Positions 51,158 to 63,010 are shown, counted from the stretch's first letter. The stretch: DNA of 64,000 bases from Lytechinus pictus (GCF_037042905.1 NW_026974141.1:8184001-8248000); one strand, 5' to 3'. Numbers and translations: made by a program. The notes: generated from the sequence alone by a model not told the origin.

Positions 51158-52615
51158 CTGGAGGAGAGAGGAGAAGAGGAGAGAAAGGATAGTAGCATTT
51201 ATTTAACAGATGACTAGACATTAATAGTAAATAAAGAGGCTTTAATAGGAGGAAATTATAAACAAATTTTCCGCATTCTTCCTGTGTGTTTAAGATCGCA
51301 TGCTCGATCTGTAATGAAGATCATAAGTCAGAAAAAATTGGAACCAGTGGGATTCGAACCTGCCATCTACTGCTTTCCGGGCAGCGACTTAATCGTCAGG
51401 CTATTCTGGTTCACAGCTAACTCATGATGAACTGGAATTCACATACCCTCAATCCTCTTCTTTCTGACTCATTAATGTGCAATTAATATGCAAAAAAATA
51501 AATAGAAAAAAAAAAGATGACTAGACATATCGCTGAAGGTCGTTAATCACCCCTGCCCACAGGAAGGTGCAACGTTTCTCTAAGAAATACCCAACAATTA
51601 TTTGGAACAAACTGTCATTAATGCTAATTAAGTCCACCTAAATAATTAAAATTGGTTACAATTTAATTCAAATTCAGGGTATCAGTGATAATTCCCACAC
51701 CCACTTCTATTCGTTCATTGTTGTTTTTAAACAGAAATTCCTTGAATGCTCAACTGCCATATCAAGGTAGCCGTGCTAGAGCCAGTAAAATAATAACAAA
51801 ATCATGCTATACAGGGCCCGCTGGGAGAAGAGTTTTAGGAACTGAAGTGGCTACCCTGGGTAAAATATGACTTTATTATAAAATATCAATATGAATGTCA
51901 TGTTTCTTGTCAGAACTTTTTTATTTTGCAAAGCCATATCAGGGCCCTGTCTTACAAAGAATGTCATAATTTTTGCTACAGGAAATTTGCACAATCTCCT
52001 TTGTAAACAAATAGAAGCACACTGAATCAAATAAATAACAGTATGAATTTATGGCATATCTAGAAAATATTTTGAGCCAACATCCATTTTAGATGTTGAT
52101 GTTGCTGGCTTTTTATAGTTGTGATAGATCGATCAGTCGCAACTCTTTGTCAGACGTGCCCCAGGCTTTTCCCCAAAGGTTCTCATGCTTCATTTTAAAT
52201 CTTTTCTAAAGCGACCCATTCTTTGTGCATAATTGCTTACATTTCAACCTTTGTATAATCAAACCTAGGTTTAACCCTAGTCTTAACTAGAACTTTAACC
52301 ACACTTCTACGGAATGCTGGCTTCATAATATTTCTTCCATATTCCTGGCAAATATAATGTACCAATTAATTCATTAAAAATTCATTATATTTCTGTATTT
52401 TCATATTCTTTTCCGTTTCACAAGTCAATGAAATTTTATAAGTTTTCTCAGCAGGATAAGAATAACTTTCAATTGGTGAATGAAATGACAACTGGCAGAT
52501 CCATAGATGCGGGGTCTAGGCTAACCCAAGCTTAGCTAAACCATGGCTATTAGAATACCACCCACATTGTTTGTAAAAATGGTATGACTGGAATGAGATG
52601 ATCAGTCAATCTTAC

Positions 52616-52809
52616 TTTTGTCCGAGTGTCATGGACCGGCCAATGAGCGGGCACTCGATGCGGATTGTACAATTGGTGAGCGTGATGGGAAGGGGGTTGA
52701 CAAACTCGGCCTCGATCTTCACCTCGTACCCATCCACCTTGGCTTCCGTCTTCATCTCTGGTGGTGTGAGGGATACTGTATCCTGACACACGATTAGTTG
52801 GGATGTTTC
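52616..52809 (-). CDS. Transglutaminase exon (barrel 2)
   Basis: accag| ETSQLIVCQDTVSLTPPEM...EFVNPLPITLTNCTIRIECPLIGRSMTLGQ-N |gtaag. Confidence 0.93.
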
Positions 52810-52914
52810 CTGGTCGAAGACAAATGAATGAAGAAACAAAAATGAGCAAACACGGTTTGAAATGGGTAAAGACCAAGGACTATCTTATCTTTCTGTTATC
52901 TTTATTTCACTTGG

Positions 52915-53536
52915 GGTGAGGGTCTGGACTCCCAGCCTCGACGAACTTTGTGACTATGCAGACCCACAATTTTTTTTACCGCATCGCTCGCTGACTTTTT
53001 ACTGTCAGGTCTGCATATCGTGTTCCACCCGGGTACACAATTGCGAAATCATGCAACATTTTGTAAATGCATGTCAGTCCCAAAATTGTTCAAAAACATG
53101 ACACTTTGTTGTACAAAGTTAATGCAAATTGTGTTTTCAACAAAAATCATAAATGTGTGATCATTCTTAATTTTGAATTAATTTGCTCTAATCAACTATC
53201 ATGTGGCCCCAAAACTGCTAATTTTTATTCTCAGACTCTTTGTAGGATCCCGATCAAATGTACTTCAAATAAATTTATGAATGTTGGCTAAATACACAAT
53301 TTGCATTGGATTTGTACATGAATTCATGTTTTGAGCAGTTTTTGGTCTGGCATGCACTTACATATTATGTTTTTCGTAACCGCGTAACCGGGCATCACAA
53401 ATTTGGTCTCAAAAGTTGTGCGAGATATGAAAGGAAAAAAGTCAGCGAGCAGCGTGGTTGAAAAATTTCGCGCGGCGGATTTATCATGAAAAATGTAGGG
53501 GGGAGGGCCGAATCTGCCCCCCTTGGCCTTTTAGGG
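52915..53536. mobile_element. piggyBac-like MITE relative (ends AGGG|TTAA); a further fragment lies at ~62640-62780
   Basis: Shares aaatttggtctc/aaccgcgta.ccggg blocks with the copies at 146 and 59671; left end degenerate. Confidence 0.65.
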
Positions 53537-53793
53537 TTAAGTATGACTTAAATGACTTAAGATTCATCTGATTCGTGTGTAGACTGGAAAAAACGTTCTT
53601 GTTTCTACAATCATGAAAGTACACCTGTTGTTTGGTAAGATTTCACCTCGAACGTAAATGCCTAGTTGCATACGGTATGAAAAGGCATGATCGCATTGGT
53701 CAGATCATGCCAAGAGGGCGCGCACTACTGCGTATTGATCAATAAGATTGCGCATTACTCATCATGTACGCATTGACTTTCAGTCATACTTAA

Positions 53794-54386
53794 AGGACAA
53801 GTCCACCCCATTAAAAAGTTGATTTGAATAAAAAGAGAAAAATCCAACAAGCTTAACACTGAAAATTTCATCAAAATTGGATGTAAAATAAGAAAGTTAT
53901 GACATTTTCAAGTTTCGCTTAATCTCACAAAACAGTTATGTGCACATCCTGGTGGTTATGCAAATGAGGAGACTGATGACGTCATCCACTCACTATTTCT
54001 TTTGTATTTTATTATATGAAATCGGGAATATTCTATTTTTCTCCTCATTGTCAAGTGAAACAACGATTAATTCCTCCCTGAACATGTGGAATGAGCATTG
54101 TTTAACATTATATGATTAAGTCAAGTTGGTCCTTATTGTCAAATCTATAAAAAATGAAAAATTGTATAATTCAAACAATAAAAAACAAAAGTAATAGTGA
54201 GTGAGGGACATCATCGACTGTCTCATTTGAGTTGTGCATATCACTGTTTTGTGAAAAAAAAGCAAAACTTTAAAATGTCATAACTTTCTTATTTTATATC
54301 CGATTTTGATGAAATTTTCAGCGTTTTGCTAGTTTGATTTTTCTCTATTTATTAAAATCAACATTTTTCTGGGATGGACTTGACCT
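53794..54386. mobile_element. Kolobok-like MITE, copy 2
   Basis: TTAA|AGGACAAGTCCACCCC ... GGATGGACTTGACCT|TTAA. Confidence 0.87.
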
Positions 54387-54483
54387 TTAAAAATCTTGGT
54401 GAAACACCCCCCAGGTTGTAGGCAGAAGAGGATTAGACCATGTGGGATAAGACCAAGCGGCAATATGGTTCATATCGTCTTAC

Positions 54484-54638
54484 CTGGACTTCTCCGAAGA
54501 CACAGAACTTGATGCAAGGCTGGTCAACCAGGTAGCGACAGTAGAGGTCTGGACCAAGCACATCAAGGGTTTGGACCGACTTGCCAGACGGAACGGTCAC
54601 CTCTTTCTTCATGCTCTTCATGTTGGCTTTGCCCAAAC
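54484..54638 (-). CDS. Transglutaminase exon (barrel 1)
   Basis: ttttgaag| LGKANMKSMKKEVTVPSGKSVQTLDVLGPDLYCRYLVDQPCIKFCVFGEVQ |gtaag; phases fit both neighbours. Confidence 0.9.
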
Positions 54639-54763
54639 CTTCAAAAACAAAAACAAATTTAAAAAATGCACGTTTATTTATAACAGGCAGAATATTATTG
54701 TGTCAAAGATACTCTCATACATTGTCTTTCATTTGACTTCAGAACTTTAAATTTTGACAATGT

Positions 54764-55035
54764 GGGCGCGTCGTGGTCTAGTGGTTCTGACTCTCGCCTT
54801 TTAAACAGAGGGTCGTGGGTTCGAATCCTAGCCATGGCTGTTTTCCTTCAGCAAGAAATTTATCCACACTGTGCTGCACTCGACCCAGGTGAGGTAAATG
54901 GGTGCCGGCAGGAAGTAATTCCTCAAAAAAGCTGTGCGAACCAGAATCATTAGACTAGCTTAGCCGGGGTAATATAAGAGCGCCTTGAGCACCTAGCAAG
55001 GTGGATATGTGTGCTATACAAATCCTATATTATTG
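54764..55035 (+). mobile_element. tRNA-derived SINE, near full length; relatives at 32731-33000 (+), ~28505-28715 (-), ~56085-56330 (+)
   Basis: Box A TGGTCTAGTGG, box B GGTTCGAATCC, shared core TGTGCTGCACTCGACCCAGGTGAGGTAAATGGGT, AT-rich tail. Confidence 0.88.
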
Positions 55036-55183
55036 ATATGAAGAAGAATCACTCTTTCAATCAAGCTAGTTTTCAAATTTTCCCTTTCTGGAGACCAAAT
55101 TACTATATAGCTATTCTACAGAGAACCTTCCCTGGCGACTCGTCGATTTGGGACGGCGGGTCACATATGTATAACTTTCTTAA

Positions 55184-55780
55184 AGGTCAAGTCTACCCCA
55201 GAAAAATGTTGATTTGAATCAATAGAGAAAAATCAAACAAGAATAACGTTGAAAATTTCATCAAAATCGGATGTAAAATAAGAAAGTTATGACAGTTTAA
55301 GATTTCGCTTATTTTTCACAAAACAGTTATAATGCACAACTAGGCAACACGCAAATGAGACAGTCGATGATGTCCCTCACTCACTATTTCTTTCGTTTTT
55401 TTATAGTTTGAATTATACAATATTTCAATTTTTACAGATTTGACAATAAGGATCAGTTTTACTGAACCATAAAATGTTCAAACAATTGTAATTTTCCATG
55501 TTCATGGAAGAATAAAGTTATTTCACCTTCCAATGAGGAGAAAATTAAAGTATTTCATATAATAGAATACAAAAGAAATGGTGAGTGATTGACATCATCA
55601 GTCCCCTCATTTGCATACCAACCAGGATGTGCATATAACTGTTTTGTGAAATTTAGCAAAACTTTTAAATGTCATAACTTTCCTATTTTACATCCGATTT
55701 TGATGAAATTTTCAGTGTTAAGATTCTTGGATTTTTCTCTATTTGTTCAAATTAACTTTTTGTTGGGGTGGACTTGTCCT
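55184..55780. mobile_element. Kolobok-like MITE, copy 3
   Basis: TTAA|AGGTCAAGTCTACCCC ... GGGGTGGACTTGTCCT|TTAA. Confidence 0.87.
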
Positions 55781-55792
55781 TTAAGAACTTAC

Positions 55793-56017
55793 CTGTATAG
55801 AAACACATGTAGGCTACAACATCAAAGGAGACGGTGCGAGACACCGAGCTCTTATTGTTGACCGCCACCTTGAGTTCGATGTCGCTACCACTGGGTGTGT
55901 CTTCGGCCAGCAAGACCTCGACCTCGATGTCGTCCTCCTTCCTGTCGGGCCTATAAGTGTTCGGTCTGGTGCCGAAAGAAACGGCTCGTTCCACGGCACT
56001 CCTCTCCTCCTCACTCC
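55793..56017 (-). CDS. Transglutaminase exon (core end, barrel 1 start)
   Basis: accag| SEEERSAVERAVSFGTRPNTY...DIELKVAVNNKSSVSRTVSFDVVAYMCFYT-G |gtaagt. Confidence 0.94.
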
Positions 56018-56416
56018 CTGGTAAAAGATAACCATAGGATCAATGTATTCACAGGTAATTTATTTTGTAGTGTAGTGATTAAAACTCGTCTTTCAATCTG
56101 AGGGATGTTGGGTTGATTCAAAGCCATGACGTGTTTTCCTTCAGCAAGAAATTTACCCACATTGTGCTGCACTCAACCCAGGTGAGGTGAATGGGTATCC
56201 GAAAGGAAGAAATTCCTCAAATGCTTGAGTTCCTGATCAAGGTAGCCGTGCTATCATGTTAAGCAGGGCCCGCTGGGAGAACAGTTTTCAGAACTAAAAT
56301 AGCTACCCTGGGTAAAATATGACATTATCATTGTAAGTATTATTATCATCATCACTATCATCACTATCATAATCATCATCACCATCATTACCCTCATCAC
56401 TACCATCACCCTCATC

Positions 56417-56907
56417 NNNNNNNNNNNNNNNNNNNNNNNNNNNNNNNNNNNNNNNNNNNNNNNNNNNNNNNNNNNNNNNNNNNNNNNNNNNNNNNNNNNN
56501 NNNNNNNNNNNNNNNNNNNNNNNNNNNNNNNNNNNNNNNNNNNNNNNNNNNNNNNNNNNNNNNNNNNNNNNNNNNNNNNNNNNNNNNNNNNNNNNNNNNN
56601 NNNNNNNNNNNNNNNNNNNNNNNNNNNNNNNNNNNNNNNNNNNNNNNNNNNNNNNNNNNNNNNNNNNNNNNNNNNNNNNNNNNNNNNNNNNNNNNNNNNN
56701 NNNNNNNNNNNNNNNNNNNNNNNNNNNNNNNNNNNNNNNNNNNNNNNNNNNNNNNNNNNNNNNNNNNNNNNNNNNNNNNNNNNNNNNNNNNNNNNNNNNN
56801 NNNNNNNNNNNNNNNNNNNNNNNNNNNNNNNNNNNNNNNNNNNNNNNNNNNNNNNNNNNNNNNNNNNNNNNNNNNNNNNNNNNNNNNNNNNNNNNNNNNN
56901 NNNNNNN
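56417..56907. other. Assembly gap (491 N)
   Basis: Run of N, next to a (CAT)n microsatellite. Confidence 1.
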
Positions 56908-57087
56908 TTGTATTGGGCGGTAACATCCTCCCTGATGTTGCCTATTTCTCTGCCGGGCTTCCTGGTACTGATCCTCACGCCGACAGCGTTGGTATCACAC
57001 CAAAGCCTTTTCAGCTCCGGGGGGCCCATGTCTTTCTTAGTCGCCAGCCAGTAGATTCGGTCAGCATTGACCTCAGCAAAAGCAAAC
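56908..57087 (-). CDS. Transglutaminase exon, 3' end lost in the assembly gap
   Basis: gacag| FAFAEVNADRIYWL...VGVRISTRKPGREIGNIREDVTAQY-K, then Ns. Confidence 0.93.
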
Positions 57088-57749
57088 CTGTCGAGTGACA
57101 ATGAAAACTACAGTATAGGTATTGAAATCCATGCAGGTTGATTTTTTGCATTCAACCGGGCAGCAGAGCAATATCACATAATTGTGACCTGTCCACCCCC
57201 AAAACCAACAATAAGTCGTCCAAAATGAATATCGAGTTTTTTTATTGAGCTTGAAAATTCATTTCCTAAGCTTTACAATGATATATGATACGTTAAATTT
57301 GACCAATAATAACCATTGCAAGTACTTGATAAAAGGCCTTTCTCAAGGGCATAAGTGCCGTGCCGGGAATCGAATCCCCGATCCTCAGATTACCACTCGG
57401 CCACTATCTTTTACTTTGCATCAAATAAATGAAAATACTATATGCATGTGTTAAAAAAATAAGTGATGTCATCATGCACAGAAATTGATGCACAGTATTC
57501 ACGATGTACTCTGTACAAATTCAAATCTCTTGGAATCGATACTTTGGAGACTTCTCTTAAGACATCTTATTTGCTGATTTCCGCTTACCCATTCATGATT
57601 AGGCCCATCTATTACTCTGGTACAAAATGTGGTAAATTTAATTTGCCATATTCTATTATCTGTGAATATTGGCTATCTACTTGTAAATGTGGATTTTTCT
57701 TCCTATTCTTTGATGCATATTGCATATAAAATGCTAATTGATTTAGTTA

Positions 57750-58085
57750 TATGAATGAATTTTTGAAATGGCAAATGAATAATAAATAAATGAATAAATA
57801 AATAAGTAAATGAATAAATAAATAATCAAATAATAAATAAATAATTAGATAGATATAGATACATAAACAAATGAATGAATAAATAAATAATCAAATAAAT
57901 AGATATAAATAAATGAATGAATGAATAATTGATTAAAAAATTATCAAATAAACAATTAAATAGGCAGCTATAAATGAATGAATGAATGAATGAATGGATG
58001 AATGAATAAATTAATAAAAACATAAACAAATGAATAAGTGAATGAATAAATAAATAAACAAATGAATAAATAAATAAATAAGAAA
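57750..58085. repeat. (AAAT/GAAT)n microsatellite
   Basis: Directly visible. Confidence 0.92.
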
Positions 58086-58094
58086 AATACTTAC

Positions 58095-58167
58095 TTGGTA
58101 TCATAGTTCATGTATGTCAAGCCTTGCCTGATTGCAGCGATAGGAGCGGGACCCATTTGGAAAAAGC
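58095..58167 (-). CDS. Transglutaminase exon (73 nt)
   Basis: ttcag| FFQMGPAPIAAIRQGLTYMNYDT-K |gtaagt; GP.P..AI..G....YD motif. Confidence 0.94.
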
Positions 58168-58360
58168 CTGAATGAAGTACAATGTAAAACAATGATTTTC
58201 AAACATACTGATGTGAACATTACTTTTTGAGGCAATTAAAAATCTAAGTTCTTTTACAATATCTCATGTATGCATCTGTAAATTTTAAGAAACAAAGTAG
58301 GATTTCAAAAAGTAATCTCATCGAGGTAAATTGCGGGTAAAAAATAAAGTGGAAACTTAC

Positions 58361-58493
58361 CTTTGCTACTCTCCTGTGGGGTGGCGTCGATGGCTTGCCA
58401 GCCTCCCATCAGTGGGGGGAGGTCTGGGCGGGTGAAAAATGCCTCGTTCCACACATGGAAATTCCAAACTGAATCGTCGGACATATAATCGAG
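58361..58493 (-). CDS. Transglutaminase exon with catalytic His and Asp
   Basis: tacag| [45 protein letters not shown] |gtaagt. Confidence 0.97.
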
Positions 58494-59023
58494 CTGTATA
58501 CAAAAGGAAAATGCAGAGTGCATTTTACAGAGAGTTCTCAAAAGAGATCAGTGTTTTTAAGTGAAAAATTAACAGTAAAATGCCACCTGTGCCCGTCTTA
58601 CAAAAATTTACGATTGATATGATTAGTCTCAAATATAGCAATCCATAAGTGGCATAATTTTTCTTACAGGATACATGTATTTGCATATTGTCTCCTTTGA
58701 AACAAAGAGGGGCACATTGAATTATTACGACAATGACACATACATGATTACAAAGATGACATCTGTAAAAAAATAATGGTGAAATTGGGTGGTTGTTAAT
58801 GCAACAATCGTTTTCACAGATAAATTTGCATATTTCATTCACAATAATAAAAAAAAAATATTGAATGATTTTTTAAAACTGGCTTGTAATTTTGGCACGT
58901 TCGTGAGAATGGCAGCCAAGATTAGAATGGGGGATATCGTAGCATGTCCCCCTACCCCAGATCATCAATACATCTCACAAACCCAGTTCCTTTCAGGATT
59001 AAGTACATGTAGCACTAACGTAC

Positions 59024-59253
59024 CGTTTCTTTGGTCTCAGAGTCTAAAATCACATCGATCGTCATGCTGGCGTCGGTGTCGTGAGCCGAGGAAAAATTGG
59101 TCACACTTCGGCAGGGTATGCCGAGACAGCGCATGGCGGTGCACAACACACCGCTGAATACCCAGCACTGGCCGTATTTCACGGGTTCACAATTCGATTT
59201 GGCGTACGCCTCGTAGATAGCTGTACTGCCTGTCCACGAGGATGGACTTTTTC
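59024..59253 (-). CDS. Transglutaminase exon with catalytic Cys
   Basis: ttacag| KSPSSWTGSTAIYEAYAKSNCEPVKYGQCWVFSGVLCTAMRCLGIPCRSVTNFSSAHDTDASMTIDVILDSETKET |gtacgt. Not in the ORF track. Confidence 0.97.
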
Positions 59254-59670
59254 CTGTAAGATTTACGTAGAATGAAAGTCAACACAAGAATAAGATCACA
59301 AGAAAACATGTTAAATGGGATATTAAATGATTGCTGGGGAAAATTTGATAGTGTAGATACAATTTTTGGCTTGCACCAGTTAGATAGGATCGAATATGCC
59401 ATCTTATCTATTGGGTTCCATTTTTGTATCTTCAGTATTCCTAGCATTGTGCATAACAATAAAATGACTTTACGTCATGGATCTTTCATATTTACTGCAA
59501 AATTTGAATGCTCAAAACTCGCTTAATGGCTGTCTAAATAAAGGGTTAGTAATGTGAGTTAATGAAGAATACAATACTGCAAAAGCGTAGTAGTCACTGA
59601 ATGCATTTTTTTATTTAAACCATTAGAATAAAAATATGGCATATTTCTGGCCATTGGGATTTGAATTTAA

Positions 59671-60428
59671 CCCTAACTAGGCCGGGCTTTTTTGGCTGTT
59701 CTGTGGCCGGGGGGGGGGGGGGGGGGGGGGATCTCGGCCGCCGATCACACGAGCCCCGCAAAAATTTGCACGCTGGTAGTGTGCAATGTAATCTACAAGG
59801 CTGTATTGTAAAATTTTCCAAAATAATGAGATTTTATTTTATATGAATTAATTATGCTAATTTATGCATAAATCATACTGTTTGCTCTAATTCACTAAAT
59901 AAAGCTCCTAGAATGCTAATTTTTGGTAAAAATATTCTTTGTAGCATTCTTAACAATCGCAATTGAAAAAAACATTGGTTTGGAAATCAATTTCTTATGT
60001 ATTTTATTGTTTTTATGAATTTCTTATGTATTTCTTTGTTTTTCAACCTTTTGTTTTTCTTTGTTTTTTTCACCAGATTTATTGCACAACCTCTTTGAAG
60101 CATAATTGTGCTAAAATCAATTGATTTCAGCTGTTTAAAGTAGAAATAATCATATCTTTATGAATAACATGAGAAAACTCAATTTGCATTGACTTTGTAC
60201 ACAAAATCACGTTTTGGAACAATTTTCGGTCTGACATGCACTTACAAAATGTTGCGTACTTTCGGAACCGCGTACCCGGGCGTCGTAAATTTGGTCTCAA
60301 AAGATGCGCGAGACTTAAAAGTATAAACTCTGCGAGTGGCGCGGTCAAAAGATTTCGTGCGGCGGAATGATCGCAGAAAATGTAGAGGGGGGGGGATTGA
60401 TTCAACCCCTCCCCCGGCCTGTTTAGGG
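59671..60428. mobile_element. piggyBac-like MITE, complete copy
   Basis: TTAA|CCCTAACTAGGCCGGG ... CCCGGCCTGTTTAGGG|TTAA; 14/16 TIR match, TTAA on both sides. Confidence 0.85.
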
Positions 60429-60707
60429 TTAAACCTCATAGGCCCTCTCTTGGTGATGTTCTTTTGTTTCTTTGACAAAGTTGTTTGAAATCTACTGACA
60501 AAGATAGTACGTATCCTGAGATTTGTCGGCCAGCGCTGAATAATCGCATGCATGCATTCACTTTAGTACTAGCACGCGCAACAGATGTCAACTTTTTCCA
60601 ATGAGGCATTGCAAATTTAGACTTATGTCCGCTGCAACCGATAGATTGCGAATCCACCGAAATGGGGGTGTTTACCAAAACTAAGATATGTTTTAACATT
60701 CTCTTAC

Positions 60708-60850
60708 CATCCTCATAGTCTCCACTCCAGTTTCCCACGAGCAGCCCCACCTTGGATGCCTTCTCTTCAGTAGGAAAGTAATTAATCAGATGAGTGAACG
60801 TTCTAGAAACTACGACGGGGTCAGCACGAGACTTTGCCTTTTCCACCCAT
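60708..60850 (-). CDS. Transglutaminase exon (core, GNWSGDY)
   Basis: cttag| WVEKAKSRADPVVVSRTFTHLINYFPTEEKASKVGLLVGNWSGDYED-G |gtaag. Confidence 0.93.
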
Positions 60851-61272
60851 CTAAGATTACGAAAATACAGATTTTATCAAAAGGAGAATAAGTTGTGAAA
60901 AAAAATTGACAAAATATAGTCATGAAGATAAAGCTTGGACGATTGTTTTTGGTAGGTAAGTAATTGATAAGATGAGTGAACGTTCTAGAAACGACTATAA
61001 GGTCAGCACGAGACTTTGTCTTTTCCACCCAACTAAGATTGAAAGATACAGTTTTTATTAGTTGTGAAAAGAAAAATGAAGAAAACAAATAGTCATAAAG
61101 ACAGAGCTTAAACACTTCTTTTTGGTAGGTAGCTAATAAGATGTTAAAATGATATAAAAACAACTATAGGGTCAGTACAAGACTTTTCCTTTTCCATCCA
61201 TCAAAGATTTTCATCAAAAGGAGATAAAGTTGTGAACAAATTTGAAGGAAAAAAAATAACCATAAGGTAAAG

Positions 61273-61540
61273 TGTGTTGGCTCAGTTGGTAGAGCATCTG
61301 ACTCATTACCAGGAGGTCGGGAGTTCAAGCCACGGCCACGTCCCGACCAAAAAGATGTCAATAGATGATAAGATGGGAGTTGCTACTATCCTGTTTGGCG
61401 TTCCAACGATTTAAAGGATAGAGCAACATTGATTTGGAGCTGCACAGTGGCTGCCGGGCCCACGATCAATTGGCCGAAATGAATTTTTGGAGTATTTCTA
61501 CTTCAGATTTGCATTTTGAAAATAAAAAATATGGATTTCA
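61273..61540 (+). mobile_element. tRNA-headed SINE-like element; another at ~25876-26070
   Basis: TGGCTCAGTTGGTAGAGC and GAGTTCAAGCC boxes with no paired acceptor stem, followed by a non-tRNA body. Confidence 0.65.
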
Positions 61541-62052
61541 TTAAAGATGCAGCAAGAATAATTACATGAGGAAGTCTTTAAAATCAATTGTTACCATATC
61601 GTGGAAGACATACTTTGGGGTTCCATCTTTTAGTTGTGACTGATCTAATCAACCTCAACAATATCCATCATCATCATAATTTTTCCAACAATAAATTTGA
61701 GCAAATGTCATTTGTAAATAAAGAGGAAGCACATTGAATTGTTGAGAAAAATGATGAATACGCATGTATGAGTACATTTTTCTATAACACATTTGGAACA
61801 TACACGCATAGTAGATGTCGGCATTGCTGGCATTCCATAGTTTGATCGTATCAATCACAACTCTTTGTAAGAAGGGGCCCTGGTTTGCTTACATAAACCC
61901 AATTCCATGGGCATTAAGTGTTGACATTAAAAAAAACGAAGAACATTAAAATTTGACAGGTTGGCAGGTATGGCTCGTACATTAAGAATTGTGGCACTGC
62001 TGGCTTACCATAGTTGAGATTGATTGGATCAAGCAGAAATATTCGTACTTAC

Positions 62053-62275
62053 CTTTCAAGCAGGTCAAACACGACGTCCGTGGTAATATCCTCAAACTGG
62101 CCAAAGACCCACGATCGGGCATACTGACGTCGAGTGGTTCCCGTAAAGACGCATCCCGTATCGTTGAGCACGTATTCGTCCTTCTGGGCGTCACCTTCCA
62201 TGAAGACCGTGTCTTCACGACACCAGGCATTGAAGAGCACAAAGATGGGGTCCTTCTGCTTGAAGTACCTGGGTT
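62053..62275 (-). CDS. Transglutaminase exon (sandwich-to-core junction)
   Basis: cctag| EPRYFKQKDPIFVLFNAWCREDTVFM...EYVLNDTG...WVFGQFEDITTDVVFDLLE |gtaagt. Confidence 0.95.
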
Positions 62276-62821
62276 CTAGGTCAAAACAAGACAAATTGGA
62301 GAATTCATCGTGATGTGTAATTCTCTAGGAGCTAAATAAGTTGAGGCAAGGCCATGCATGTAACAATCCAACAAGGATTTTTCATTGCTAATCCAACCAT
62401 GGGTAAATGGGTAACCAGTAGGAAGGGATTCCTTGAATGCTCGGGTACCTTGTCAGGGTAGCTGTACCATAGCCAGGGTAATCATATGCATCGCTCATTG
62501 TTTGTAAATCTTCATATATGCATTAATTTTTTTTAACCAGTTTGCAGGGTCCCCCCAAAAAACTGTGCTTAGTCCACTGACGGGGTTACCCTGGGTAAAA
62601 AAAACAAATAAAAAAAAACAAGTAAATAAAAATAAATAAACGGCCTGGGTCGATGGGGGAGGGGTTGAATCAAATCCCCCCAACATTTTCTGCAACCATT
62701 CCAACACACAATTTTTTTTTACTTTGCCGCTTCCAGACTTTTTACTTTCAAGTATGGCGCATCTTATGAGACCGAATTTACAACACACAGAAATTGTACA
62801 ATTACACTCCTACTTTTCAGG

Positions 62822-63010
62822 AGGCATGATTGCTCAGTCGGTAGAGCGGGGGATTCGTATTCCGGTGACACGGGTTCGATTCCCACTTGGTGCGCTAGTG
62901 CCCTTTGGTAAGGCATTAATCCTCAGTACCAACTCCTTCGGAGAGGACCTTAAGCCGTCGGTCCTCTGGTTGCTTGCTTACAAGCATTCATGCTTTCTTA
63001 GCAATCAAGT
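62822..63010 (+). mobile_element. tRNA-derived SINE, second family; reverse-complement copy at ~50630-50790
   Basis: GCTCAGTCGGTAGAGC, GGTTCGATTCC, body TGGTGCGCTAGTGCCCTTT.GTAAGGCA..GGTCCTCTGGTT..CTTACAAGCAT shared with the 50.7 kb copy. Confidence 0.8.

Noticed and set aside
56303-56926. 207-aa and 229-aa ORFs across the gap
   Set aside because: Artefacts of Ns; only 57087-56908 is real coding sequence.
61273-61350. tRNA genes at 61273, 62822, 54764 and 25876
   Set aside because: A/B boxes are present but acceptor stems do not pair and each continues into a repeat body; these are SINE heads.
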